64,000 nt of DNA from a virus (Duplodnaviria; Heunggongvirae; Uroviricota; Caudoviricetes). Where the stretch lies: IMG/VR virus record IMGVR_UViG_3300014204_013127. One strand, written 5' to 3'. This document shows positions 45,163-54,130 of this stretch, piece by piece. The notes beneath the pieces were generated by a model. That model made no database searches, was not told the origin of the DNA, and saw nothing but the letters and a program-made list of their open reading frames with translations. A program made the translations under genes and the position numbers. Position 1 is the first letter of the stretch, and each line of letters begins with the position of its first letter.

Positions 45163-46322
45163 TAGATGTTGATGTCCCATCCATACTAACCCGAGCCGCA
45201 GATAAATGTGGTTTTACTCGCACCCGATGGGTGGAGAAGGACATCCCTGGCAATTTGTCCAATATTTGTACTGTTTTATTTTTTGGGGACATACGATCCA
45301 GTTTTATACTTTCTTCTATGTTGTTAAAGCGTTATCGTGAACAAGTAAAAACTTCTAAATATTTCATTGTCTGCACTTGGCCCGGTTATGAGCATCTTTT
45401 TCCTTATGTGAATGAAGTGTGGACGATACGTGAAGAAAGTGTTTTGAAAAAGTTTGCTTTGTCTGCCAATGGTTTTGACAACGAATCTGAGTTAAGTGTG
45501 CATTTTAGAAGGGAATTGAATTATTGGTTGGAAGATGTCGCCGGGCCAGAAGTATTTTTGTCAGTTTATGACAATGGAATCAAGAAGGAATTTTGGGATA
45601 AGTTCAAACATGTTCGCAGATATTTGATGAGCGTTCCTTCATCTGGTATTTTAGGGGCCGAATTTAATAGGCAATTGATTGCAAGTGGTGCAAAAGTTTT
45701 ATTATATCCTGTAGAACAGATACGGTCCTGGCGGCAGGGGTCTTTGACTTACATAAAGAGTCCGAAGAGTTTTTGGGTAAAATTAGCAGAAAGCTTGGTT
45801 GACAGTGGTATTACTCCCATTATTTATCAAAATTTTACAACTCATGATCTTTCCACAGAACTACCCAGTTGCATGTATACAACTGAGAAGGATGTGGTAA
45901 AATTAATGGGTGTCATGAGAACAGTAGGATGTGTGTTAGATGTGTTTTCTGGTATTTCTCGTTGGTCTATGGCAGCAAGAGCCCCGTTTGTGGCATTAGA
46001 TGAGCGTTTAAGGTATAATGGGCAAAAAGAGTATGAGATAGATGATTTATTGGCGGATAAAACACTTCCAAGGCGATATATATTTTCTTTTCCTAATATT
46101 GTACCAGAAAATAGCGTAGATGTATGGAAAAATAACTTTTTTGATGTTATACTATCTACTGTGGGGTCATTTTTGAAGGAATTAGATCGAGAAAAGTGGC
46201 CATCGCCAGTAGAAAGAGAAGAGATCGTACTCTATGATAATGTACGACAAATGCGAACCAATAAAATGGGTGCAAAATTTTTAAAAGTAAATAGAGACTT
46301 GAGGAGTACAACATGGCAGTGA
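45159..46322 (+). CDS. GT9-like glycosyltransferase (second copy)
   Basis: Similar architecture: NICTVLFFGDIRSS N-terminus and a ...VGCVLDVFSGISRWSMAARAPFVALDE C-terminal block. Confidence 0.4.
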   Translation: MIDVDVPSILTRAADKCGFTRTRWVEKDIPGNLSNICTVLFFGDIRSSFILSSMLLKRYREQVKTSKYFIVCTWPGYEHLFPYVNEVWTIREESVLKKFALSANGFDNESELSVHFRRELNYWLEDVAGPEVFLSVYDNGIKKEFWDKFKHVRRYLMSVPSSGILGAEFNRQLIASGAKVLLYPVEQIRSWRQGSLTYIKSPKSFWVKLAESLVDSGITPIIYQNFTTHDLSTELPSCMYTTEKDVVKLMGVMRTVGCVLDVFSGISRWSMAARAPFVALDERLRYNGQKEYEIDDLLADKTLPRRYIFSFPNIVPENSVDVWKNNFFDVILSTVGSFLKELDREKWPSPVEREEIVLYDNVRQMRTNKMGAKFLKVNRDLRSTTWQ

Positions 46323-46537
46323 ATTGTAGAGCGATTTTGCGGGTGGAACATGGAAAGTCGCCCGAAGAAAACTTTAGGAATTTGTTGGGTAAGTTTAGAA
46401 AAAAAACAACGGATTCTGGTGTGATGACCTTGTGGAAATCAAAACAGTATTTTGAAAGCAAGGGAGAACGCCGTAGGCGAAAAGAAAAAGCGGCCCAAAT
46501 GAAACGCATAAAAGCAAATAGACCAAAAACAGTATAA
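46313..46537 (+). CDS. rpsU: ribosomal protein S21
   Basis: 74 aa. FRNLLGKFRKKTTDSGVMTLWKSKQYFESKGERRRRKEKAAQMKRIKANR matches the S21 pattern ALRRFKR...GvL.E.rrReFYEKP...RKR....A.KR. Confidence 0.6.
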   Translation: MAVNCRAILRVEHGKSPEENFRNLLGKFRKKTTDSGVMTLWKSKQYFESKGERRRRKEKAAQMKRIKANRPKTV

Positions 46538-46547
46538 GGTGTAAAAT

Positions 46548-46808
46548 ATGGCACAGAATGTAATGAGTATATCGCTTCCATTAGAGATGCAAGAATTACT
46601 AGATGTATCTGCGAAAAAAATGGGATGGAACAAATCTGAATTGCTCAGAAAACTGATTACCAAGGGATTGGACCTTGTGGTAGTGGATGGAGAAGAAATT
46701 CCTGTAATCCTGAAAATTCCTAACGAACTTAGGGGACAACCCGAGGTATTACGTAAATGGCTGTATCAAAAGAGCGATGCGATAACGACCAAACTATCCC
46801 AAAAATAA
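46548..46808 (+). CDS. ribbon-helix-helix (CopG/Arc/MetJ-like) DNA-binding protein
   Basis: MSISLPLEMQELLDVSAKKMGWNKSELLRKLI is an N-terminal beta-strand followed by helix-loop-helix, typical of RHH proteins. Confidence 0.45.
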   Translation: MAQNVMSISLPLEMQELLDVSAKKMGWNKSELLRKLITKGLDLVVVDGEEIPVILKIPNELRGQPEVLRKWLYQKSDAITTKLSQK

Positions 46809-47290
46809 TTCCAGTTGACCAAATTCCCAAAGCTGGCTCTGCTGATAAATCCCCCGTGGAATTGTATAAGATATTTGCTGCATTAGAAATTTTGTGCAAA
46901 TTACGCAAAGGAATTGGTCTTCATGCGGTACAGGTGGGGTTGCCTTGGAATATGTACGTTGTCAGAAAATCGGCAGAGATGCCATTTGGCTACTATTTAA
47001 ACTGCAAATATACGCCCATAGAAGATGAAAAGGTATCATCTTTTGAGGGGTGCTTATCTCTCACAAATCCTGATGGATCGTCTCGTTGGTTTAAGGTAGA
47101 TCGGTTTAAAAAAATCCGAGTGGAAGGCCAACAACTGTATGTGGACGGAAAAATCAGAATAGATGCGGTAGATATGGTATTGTCTGCTGAAGAGGATGGT
47201 ATTTTGTGTGTCGCCCATCAGCATGAAATTTCACACGGTGAGGGAGTGCTGATATCTGACATTGGAGAAGAACAACACATTTGGATGTAA
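46757..47290 (+). CDS. def: peptide deformylase
   Basis: Motif I GIGLHAVQ (GxGxAAxQ), motif II EGCLS and motif III QHEISH (QHExDH) are all present. The start is uncertain because the ORF overlaps the RHH gene. Confidence 0.65.
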   Translation: MAVSKERCDNDQTIPKIIPVDQIPKAGSADKSPVELYKIFAALEILCKLRKGIGLHAVQVGLPWNMYVVRKSAEMPFGYYLNCKYTPIEDEKVSSFEGCLSLTNPDGSSRWFKVDRFKKIRVEGQQLYVDGKIRIDAVDMVLSAEEDGILCVAHQHEISHGEGVLISDIGEEQHIWM

Positions 47291-47579
47291 GGAAAACATT
47301 ATGTTGAGTCAAAAACAGTTGCAAGATATTTGTTTAATGTTTGTGGGAGATCATCGACAATGCCGATATTTACAAGAAGACCCATTGGCATGGCAGTGGT
47401 ATTGCATAAAACACAAAAAAGTCGCAAAAAAACGCATGGATGAGACGGTAAACGAATTTTTAGAAAACTGCAAAATAACAGGTATTGACCCCCATGTTCA
47501 GGGAGTAGCTTTGGGGGATAATTGCCCTGGCTATCCGATATTCAAGAATATAGAGCAAGGGTACGACAAATCCCCTTGA
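47262..47579 (+). CDS. hypothetical protein
   Basis: 105-aa ORF. Confidence 0.3.
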   Translation: MEKNNTFGCKENIMLSQKQLQDICLMFVGDHRQCRYLQEDPLAWQWYCIKHKKVAKKRMDETVNEFLENCKITGIDPHVQGVALGDNCPGYPIFKNIEQGYDKSP

Positions 47580-47604
47580 CACATTTTTTTTATGATGTCA
47601 TAAT
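47576..47604 (+). promoter_or_regulatory. sigma70-like promoter TTGACA-17-CATAAT
   Basis: TTGACA at 47576-47581, a 17-nt spacer, CATAAT at 47599-47604. An AGGAG ribosome-binding site precedes the ATG at 47645. Confidence 0.45.
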
Positions 47605-48655
47605 TATTTAAATAATAGACCAGTACCCTTTACAGGAGCATAAAATGTCTGTGTCTACTCTTTTTTACGAAGAAACAGAAGAGCAAGGGGTCGAGTTCGT
47701 TGATGATTATTTTTTGGAAAATGTGGAGGAATTGGCAGTAGGATACTTGCAAGATTTTTTTGCCAATAAGCAACTTCATTGTGGCGGCAGAATTAGTCCC
47801 AATATTTTCAAATCCGCTGCCTGTATTGATCGAGCATTAAACACCTCTATTGAAGAAGGCGTGCCTTTAGCCTATGAATTGATTGAAAGGGAAGGCATAA
47901 AAGGAGGTGTTCAACTGGTGTTGGGTGTGTTGAATAGATGCAGTCAGTTAGGCATTCCCAAATGTTTCAGGGCTGGTATTTTATTGGTAAACCTGGAACT
48001 GTGTTATGGGGTAGTGATATAATGATTTTATATCACTTTGCTGAAAAAATACACCTGACATCAATTCTTGTGCAGGGATTACGAATAAATACAGGACACA
48101 AAGGACTAGGAAATGTAAGGTATTATATAGAGCGTTATGGAATGCAGCCCATTTTTTTAACTGATGATCCGCAATACATAGTTGACACAATGGATATACA
48201 TGTGCATTCGCATTGTATTTTGTTGAAGGTAAATTGTTCGGGGTTGGATATAGAGCCAGAATATGATTGGAATACTGTTTATTTGCACCCAAAATTTTAT
48301 CCAAATGGAAAACAAAAAACATTTATTTGCAGAGATGATATCTCTTCTGATAGAATACAAATATGTTAGATTCAGATGCTGAGCTAAAATTTATTGCCAA
48401 CAAAGAAGTGGCTATTCCAAAAGAAAAACTTTATTTGCTCAAGTATTTCAGAACCTCCGTTCAGCAGTGTTTTTTATCATATTATCTTCTCTATGGCGAT
48501 TATTTTCGTTTTACTGAGCACACAGGGCATAAGTGCAGTGTGCGGTGGATGTTTGCAATGCGTGTTAAAATGGAAAAAATTGAAGCCGCTCACGCTGTGG
48601 CCAAGAAAAATTTTGATTTAGATGCATTAGCTGATATAGAAAATGGCAAATATAA

Positions 48656-49132
48656 GTGGAGAAAATTATGAACTACAGTGATTTATCAGATATTGCACAT
48701 GAACAATCACTAGACAATATGACAAATGTTCCTGCTTTATTGTCGGAAAAAGACACAAGAGCCATCAAGACAAATCTGCAACTTACTCGTACTAAAGATC
48801 GTACTTTTGTAATCGTGTTGGCTTTGCATAAGGAATTGGGAAGAAATGCTTTGCAAAAAATAAGATGCGAATGTGGCTCCCCTTTGGGCGGGTATGTTTA
48901 CGATAATGTAAATGATTGCTATTATGTCAGATGTGTTGATTTTCTATCACTGTCTTATGTGCCGCTCGCTTGTTTGTTGAGAATGAAAGATAATAACTTT
49001 TGGCAAATGTATGTTCCTTTGCCGGAAGCATTGTTGATACGCAATTTAAGCCCAGATGCCAGCAACAAATTAAAAGCTTTTAAAGCTGTTTACAAAGATC
49101 ACATTTTTCAATATGTGCAATTAATAGAATGA
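48656..49132 (+). CDS. hypothetical protein
   Basis: 158-aa ORF. The region 47645-48671 holds several mutually overlapping small ORFs whose true structure is unclear. Confidence 0.3.
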   Translation: MEKIMNYSDLSDIAHEQSLDNMTNVPALLSEKDTRAIKTNLQLTRTKDRTFVIVLALHKELGRNALQKIRCECGSPLGGYVYDNVNDCYYVRCVDFLSLSYVPLACLLRMKDNNFWQMYVPLPEALLIRNLSPDASNKLKAFKAVYKDHIFQYVQLIE

Positions 49133-49647
49133 AAAAAAGAACACCACCACGAGAAGTACCTACCCGAGACGAGCGTTATATGGGGCTGGCATTTTGTATT
49201 GCTCAATTGTTTTCTAAAGACCCACACACACAAGTAGCATCAGTAATTGTGGGTGATGAAAATCGTCCTAAGGGCTGGGGATACAATGGTCCACCACAAA
49301 GCATTGCAGATGACGAAGTGGATTGGAGCCGCCCAGAAAAATACGACATGATTGTGCATTCGGAAATCAATGCTATTAACCACTCTTTTGGTTCATTAAA
49401 AGAAGCAACTATTTATATTACGGCCCCTCCCTGTCCCAGATGTATGCTGGAAATTATAGCGGCTGGAATTGACAAAATAATATATTTCAATTTCAGGGCA
49501 GATGCTGGTTCTTCTGTTAATGCTGAAGCATTAGCTAAAATAGAGGAAATTGCCAAGAAAGCCGGGATTCAGCTTACAGAATTTTCTGGAAACTTAAACT
49601 GTGTGAAAGATGCGGTTGCAGACATGGATAGAATAGGAATTTTTTAA
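49129..49647 (+). CDS. dCMP (deoxycytidylate) deaminase
   Basis: HSEINAI and APPCPRCMLEI form the zinc-binding H(A/C)E...PCxxC signature of the CDA/dCMP deaminase fold. Confidence 0.65.
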   Translation: MKKRTPPREVPTRDERYMGLAFCIAQLFSKDPHTQVASVIVGDENRPKGWGYNGPPQSIADDEVDWSRPEKYDMIVHSEINAINHSFGSLKEATIYITAPPCPRCMLEIIAAGIDKIIYFNFRADAGSSVNAEALAKIEEIAKKAGIQLTEFSGNLNCVKDAVADMDRIGIF

Positions 49648-49672
49648 TGTTTTTTGTGAACATATATAGGAT

Positions 49673-50461
49673 ATGACAGTTTGCAACACACAACTCGGCG
49701 TTCCTGGCTACAGCCAAAACAATTGCGGCACTACTTGCAGTTCTGATTTCTGCATCAAGCGTCATGATACTCGACCTGCCTTCAAAGTCTCGGTTTCTGA
49801 CTGTGATGGTCCTATGGACCTTACCAGTGAGTTACTGGTGGTAGAAGCCAGCATGTGGAGTAATGTTAAATTAAAGACCAGCATTAGCGAAACAGATGAG
49901 TATTTTAGGCTGGCTGACGATGTTGGTTTTCAACAAATTATGCAGAATGATATCATAGTGGTAGATCGCACAAGATTGCCCGAACAAATGCTGGTAACGG
50001 GATTTGATGAAGCCAACAAATTAATACGTGTGCAGAGAGGTTATCATGGTACTTTGCCAGCATCGTATAAAAAAGGACAAACTTTAAAAGCGTTTCGTAT
50101 TTTGAATTCACCCGGTGAAATAGAATTAGTTTACGATGACATTCTTAATGTAGATGGTAGCACAAGCACAGATCAACTTATAGATTCTTACTTGGTTTAT
50201 AATTTCTCCGCACTCGACACTTGTGTTCCTGGGTGTTTTTTGTTAGAATTCAGATTATTGAAAATGGCCGAGCCGGAACCTTCAGTTCAGTTGACTTTTG
50301 CACCAGAGATAATACCCAGTTTTACTCCAAGCACCTATACACCAACAGATTTTGGTTGTGTTGCTGGCGAGGGGATAGAGTGGGAAAGACGATTTCCAAC
50401 ATCTTCGGAAGGCTTTGTGATAGGCATTATTGATAGTCCAACTTCAGAAATCTTGTTGTAA
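49673..50461 (+). CDS. hypothetical protein
   Basis: 262-aa ORF. Confidence 0.35.
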   Translation: MTVCNTQLGVPGYSQNNCGTTCSSDFCIKRHDTRPAFKVSVSDCDGPMDLTSELLVVEASMWSNVKLKTSISETDEYFRLADDVGFQQIMQNDIIVVDRTRLPEQMLVTGFDEANKLIRVQRGYHGTLPASYKKGQTLKAFRILNSPGEIELVYDDILNVDGSTSTDQLIDSYLVYNFSALDTCVPGCFLLEFRLLKMAEPEPSVQLTFAPEIIPSFTPSTYTPTDFGCVAGEGIEWERRFPTSSEGFVIGIIDSPTSEILL

Positions 50462-50471
50462 GGAATATTTC

Positions 50472-52034
50472 ATGTCGAGTGTGTCAGACTTTTTAGTAGA
50501 AAGAATGGAAAATGCGGGCGTAAAACATGTGTTTGGCTTGCCTGGAGACCATATTACTAATTTTTTCAAAAAATTGTCCAAATCAGACGTTGAAGTAGTT
50601 CATACTACACAAGAAATAAATGCGGCGTTTGCCGCCGATGCTTATGCTCGTATTCGTGGTGTTGGATGTGTTTGTGTATCACAAATGTCAGCTTTGAAAA
50701 TAGCAAATGCCATAGCTTGTGCAAAAGCAGAGCATTCTCCTGTTATTGTTATTTCTGGGGCTAAATCACAGGGCCAATGCCAGGAGAGCTATCACAATAA
50801 AGTGTTTCAATATTTGACCTGTGCCTCCACCACATTGAATAATGTTAGCACTGCTGGCTATCAAATAGATTCTGTGTTGGAAAAATTAAAATATCACAAA
50901 CAACCAGTATTCATTGAATTGGCAGAAGATATTGCTGATAAGACTTTGGTATATGATGTTTACAAACAGGGCACACCCTCTGCTCCCGAAAGTAATAAAG
51001 AGATTTTAGAAGAAGCGTTGGCAGAAGTGGTAGACTGGTTGAATGAAGCTAAAAAGCCCGTTATTTTGGGCGGAATTCAATTAGATCGTCATGGCTTGGG
51101 TGCCCTTCTTTTGAAGTTTGCCGAGAAATATAACATTCCGGTAGTTACCACGCTTTTAAGCAAATCTCTAATTGATGAAAGTCATCCCTTGGCGATTGGG
51201 GTTTATGCAGGAGCAGGAAGCAATCCAAAAGTTCAGGAAACAATTGATACATCTGATTGTTTGTTGGTTTTAGGCGTATCTTCTTGCCAGAATTTGCCCG
51301 CTAATAAACACACAGTTACGTGTTCTTCAGAACTGTGTATTAAAAATCATTTCTATGCAGATAAGGTTGGTTTTGAAGATTTTATCCGGGCTTTATTTAA
51401 AGCCTCAATTCGCCGGGAGGGCTTAGCCACAGTCATTGCAGCCCCAATCAACAAAGAGTTCCGACCACGCAGTGGTGTTAAAATTACTGTGGCGAGGTTT
51501 TTTGAAAAAATAAATAGTATTTTGAATGCCAATTCTATTATTGTATCCGATGTGGGGGATTCATTATTCGGTGCAAGTGATTTAATTACCCATCAACATG
51601 GATTCTTTGCAACAGCATATTATCCAAGCATGGGTTTCGCTCTACCAGCCGCTCTAGGATTACAAACCGCCGTTCCCAAGATGCGTCCAATAGTTATTTT
51701 GGGAGATGCGGCTTTTCAAATGTCTTGTAGTGAACTAAGCACAATTGTTGCTCGTCGTTTGAACCCCATAGTATGTGTGTTAAACAATGGTGGTTATGCA
51801 AGCAATTCAATTACTGGTCCTTTTTATGATATTCATGAATGGGACTATGAAAAAATGGTGGATGTAATTTCTGGAGGTATGGGAGCTTTAGTAGAAGATG
51901 AACAAACGCTACACTCTGTTATGAGTGCAGCCCTTGTGAATGAGTCTGTGTGTGTTATCAATGTAAAAATTGATAGTGATGATGTGTCGCCTGTTTTACA
52001 AAGAATGAGAAAGGGTATAAAGACAAGCAAATAG
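50472..52034 (+). CDS. thiamine-pyrophosphate-dependent 2-keto-acid decarboxylase-family enzyme
   Basis: N-terminal Pyr domain VKHVFGLPGDHITNFF. The C-terminal TPP-binding motif is GDAAFQMSCSELSTIVARRLNPIVCVLNNGGY (GDG...NN). ATG at 50472. Confidence 0.65.
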   Translation: MSSVSDFLVERMENAGVKHVFGLPGDHITNFFKKLSKSDVEVVHTTQEINAAFAADAYARIRGVGCVCVSQMSALKIANAIACAKAEHSPVIVISGAKSQGQCQESYHNKVFQYLTCASTTLNNVSTAGYQIDSVLEKLKYHKQPVFIELAEDIADKTLVYDVYKQGTPSAPESNKEILEEALAEVVDWLNEAKKPVILGGIQLDRHGLGALLLKFAEKYNIPVVTTLLSKSLIDESHPLAIGVYAGAGSNPKVQETIDTSDCLLVLGVSSCQNLPANKHTVTCSSELCIKNHFYADKVGFEDFIRALFKASIRREGLATVIAAPINKEFRPRSGVKITVARFFEKINSILNANSIIVSDVGDSLFGASDLITHQHGFFATAYYPSMGFALPAALGLQTAVPKMRPIVILGDAAFQMSCSELSTIVARRLNPIVCVLNNGGYASNSITGPFYDIHEWDYEKMVDVISGGMGALVEDEQTLHSVMSAALVNESVCVINVKIDSDDVSPVLQRMRKGIKTSK

Positions 52035-52037
52035 TTT

Positions 52038-52559
52038 ATGCAAAAAGATCAGCAAAAGTTCTGTCGTGTTAATCGACAAATCAGATTCTCGCCAGTAATG
52101 GTTATCTTAGGCGAAGAAAAATTGGGCACAATGCCTACTTCTCAGGCATTAGAAATTGCGGTGAGAGAAGGTTTGGACCTTGTAGAAGTGGCTCCAAATG
52201 CTCGACCACCAGTTTGCAAAATAATGGATTATGGCAAATTTCGCTATGAGCAAAGCATTAAAGAAAAGAAGAGTAAGTCGCAAACAAAGGCTCAGCAACT
52301 TAAAGAAATACGTTTGCGGCCTTCTATAGCCACTCATGATCTTGATGTGAAGATAAATTCTGCACAAAGATTCCTTGAGGCTGGAAATAGGGTTCAACTT
52401 ATGGTAAGATTCAAAGGTGCAGAAAATGCTCACAAAGACCTGGGTTTTAGCCTTATGCAGAAAATGATTGATTCTTTGGTTTCTTGTGGGAAACCCCTGA
52501 GCACTCCCCGATTAGAGGGAAAAGGGGTGAGTTGTATTATTGAACCCATGAAGAAATAA
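52038..52559 (+). CDS. infC: translation initiation factor IF-3
   Basis: ALEIAVREGLDLVEVAPNARPPVCKIMDYGKFRYEQ...KEIRLRPSIATHDLDVK...VRFKGAENAHKDLGFSL parallels E. coli IF3 block for block. The true start may be a non-AUG codon, as in bacterial infC. Confidence 0.75.
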   Translation: MQKDQQKFCRVNRQIRFSPVMVILGEEKLGTMPTSQALEIAVREGLDLVEVAPNARPPVCKIMDYGKFRYEQSIKEKKSKSQTKAQQLKEIRLRPSIATHDLDVKINSAQRFLEAGNRVQLMVRFKGAENAHKDLGFSLMQKMIDSLVSCGKPLSTPRLEGKGVSCIIEPMKK

Positions 52560-52560
52560 A

Positions 52561-53499
52561 ATGAATGATATTCGAGAAGAAATAGATGCTGCTCTCGCTC
52601 AGACGGGCGAAGTTCGCAAAATTTATTCTGAATTCTTTAGATTTATTGGCGATACAGACGTAGAAGATGTAAAAGCAGTTTTGGGGCGTGACCTTGGCTC
52701 TTTTTTACACGGCTTGTGCCCCGTCTTGAATCTGTTACATCCTGATCTTCAAGATGTGCTTGGCTATTGTCATGTCGCCAAAATTACACAAGCAATAGAG
52801 GCAGCCACCTTTGCTAGGAAAAGGGGCTATGTTCTTTTGCATCAAGAGCTTTTTAGGGTTCTCAAGCCGGAAATCAAGGATATAGAGGACAAAATAAGAC
52901 TGATGAAGATGTGTGCCCGGCTTTTGCAAAGAGGAGAAAAAGAAGCTGCACGACTGGTGAAAAGCACGCAAGCCATTGATTTGACTAATGCCTATAGGAA
53001 ATGGAGCGATAATATCCCTCTTAATTTTGACCTATATGTGAGGCACAACATGGCTTACAAGGCAGAAATAGAAAAATTTGAGAAACAGGCCGAGCATTTC
53101 AAGCGTTTGGGCTGTGAGTCCATGTGTGCAGAGATTAAAAAATCATTGGATGTTTTTCAGGAATCCTTTGGTGACACACACTATGGATTTCGCAGAATTA
53201 CCATGACGCTTATTGCTTTAATTTTGGGGAAAATGCACGGGTGTTCTATATCTTCAAATTATGTGCCTGCTGCTTATCCCGCCCATCTTTTAGACTTACC
53301 AGATAGAATCAAAAATGCTATTGGCATAACAGAAAACTTCCCAGAGGCAGCCGGTAATCCTATTTTTGATTATTATATTGTCGTCTCTCCTAAGATAGAT
53401 ACGCCGGGAAAATTATCGGAATCCATTGCTGACAAATCTATTTGCCCAGTTTTATTGGGCGAAAGAGATGGAAAATGTTATTTTATTTCGATATTTTGA
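52561..53499 (+). CDS. hypothetical protein
   Basis: 312-aa ORF. Confidence 0.4.
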   Translation: MNDIREEIDAALAQTGEVRKIYSEFFRFIGDTDVEDVKAVLGRDLGSFLHGLCPVLNLLHPDLQDVLGYCHVAKITQAIEAATFARKRGYVLLHQELFRVLKPEIKDIEDKIRLMKMCARLLQRGEKEAARLVKSTQAIDLTNAYRKWSDNIPLNFDLYVRHNMAYKAEIEKFEKQAEHFKRLGCESMCAEIKKSLDVFQESFGDTHYGFRRITMTLIALILGKMHGCSISSNYVPAAYPAHLLDLPDRIKNAIGITENFPEAAGNPIFDYYIVVSPKIDTPGKLSESIADKSICPVLLGERDGKCYFISIF

Positions 53500-53801
53500 A
53501 ATTTATACTATTATAGGTAAAGTTATGGTCCAGATCACAACAGAAGAATTGAAAGAGCTTTTAGAAACAGCTTTTGACAGGGGATGGATGGGTTATTGTG
53601 ACTTGAAAGAAGCCGTGGTGCAAGAATTGTTGTCAAAATACAAAGAAAAAAAAGAACCATTGGCTTATACATCGCCTTCTTTATTTGTTAATGGACAAGG
53701 GTGGGTTGGTACAAGTAATTGGTCTACATTCGATATGTGGACGGCAAATGACATAAATATACCACCACCACCAGAAGACTCAAACTAAAAAGGAAAAACA
53801 A

Positions 53802-54122
53802 ATGGTTCCGAAAATTATTGGTTGTAGACCTGTGGGTTCGCAAGTTCTTGTAGAGCATCTTACCGACAATGAAATGTTGGGCACCACCATGATTTTGCCC
53901 GGTGGCAAAACATCTGGGCATGAAGTGCAACAATCCATAGTATTAGATTATGGGCCGTCATTTGATCCCAAAACATGGGGTTATGACAAGGGTGATCGTG
54001 TAATGGTGGTGGGAAGCTATAATCCTGTTCCAAAGGTTAGTGATGACCAAGTGCGAGAAATGGGTATTATTGAACCCCATAACGTCAGGGCTGTATTGTT
54101 ACAAGCTCCCGAAGAGGAATAA
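53802..54122 (+). CDS. GroES-like co-chaperonin (Hsp10 fold)
   Basis: RPVGSQVLVEHLTDNEMLGTTMILPGGKTSGHEVQQSIVL parallels the GroES RPLhDRVIVKr.e.E.ktaGGIvLp..a.ek...G.VvAvG block. It sits directly upstream of dnaJ. Confidence 0.4.
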   Translation: MVPKIIGCRPVGSQVLVEHLTDNEMLGTTMILPGGKTSGHEVQQSIVLDYGPSFDPKTWGYDKGDRVMVVGSYNPVPKVSDDQVREMGIIEPHNVRAVLLQAPEEE

Positions 54123-54130
54123 TCGATTGT

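Noticed and set aside
47645-48671. Cluster of mutually overlapping ORFs (47645-48022, 47938-48369, 48363-48671, 48394-48621 and antisense 47981-48322)
   Set aside because: They overlap in different frames, so not all can be real. None has a recognisable motif. I list none in Part 1 and leave the true gene structure unresolved.
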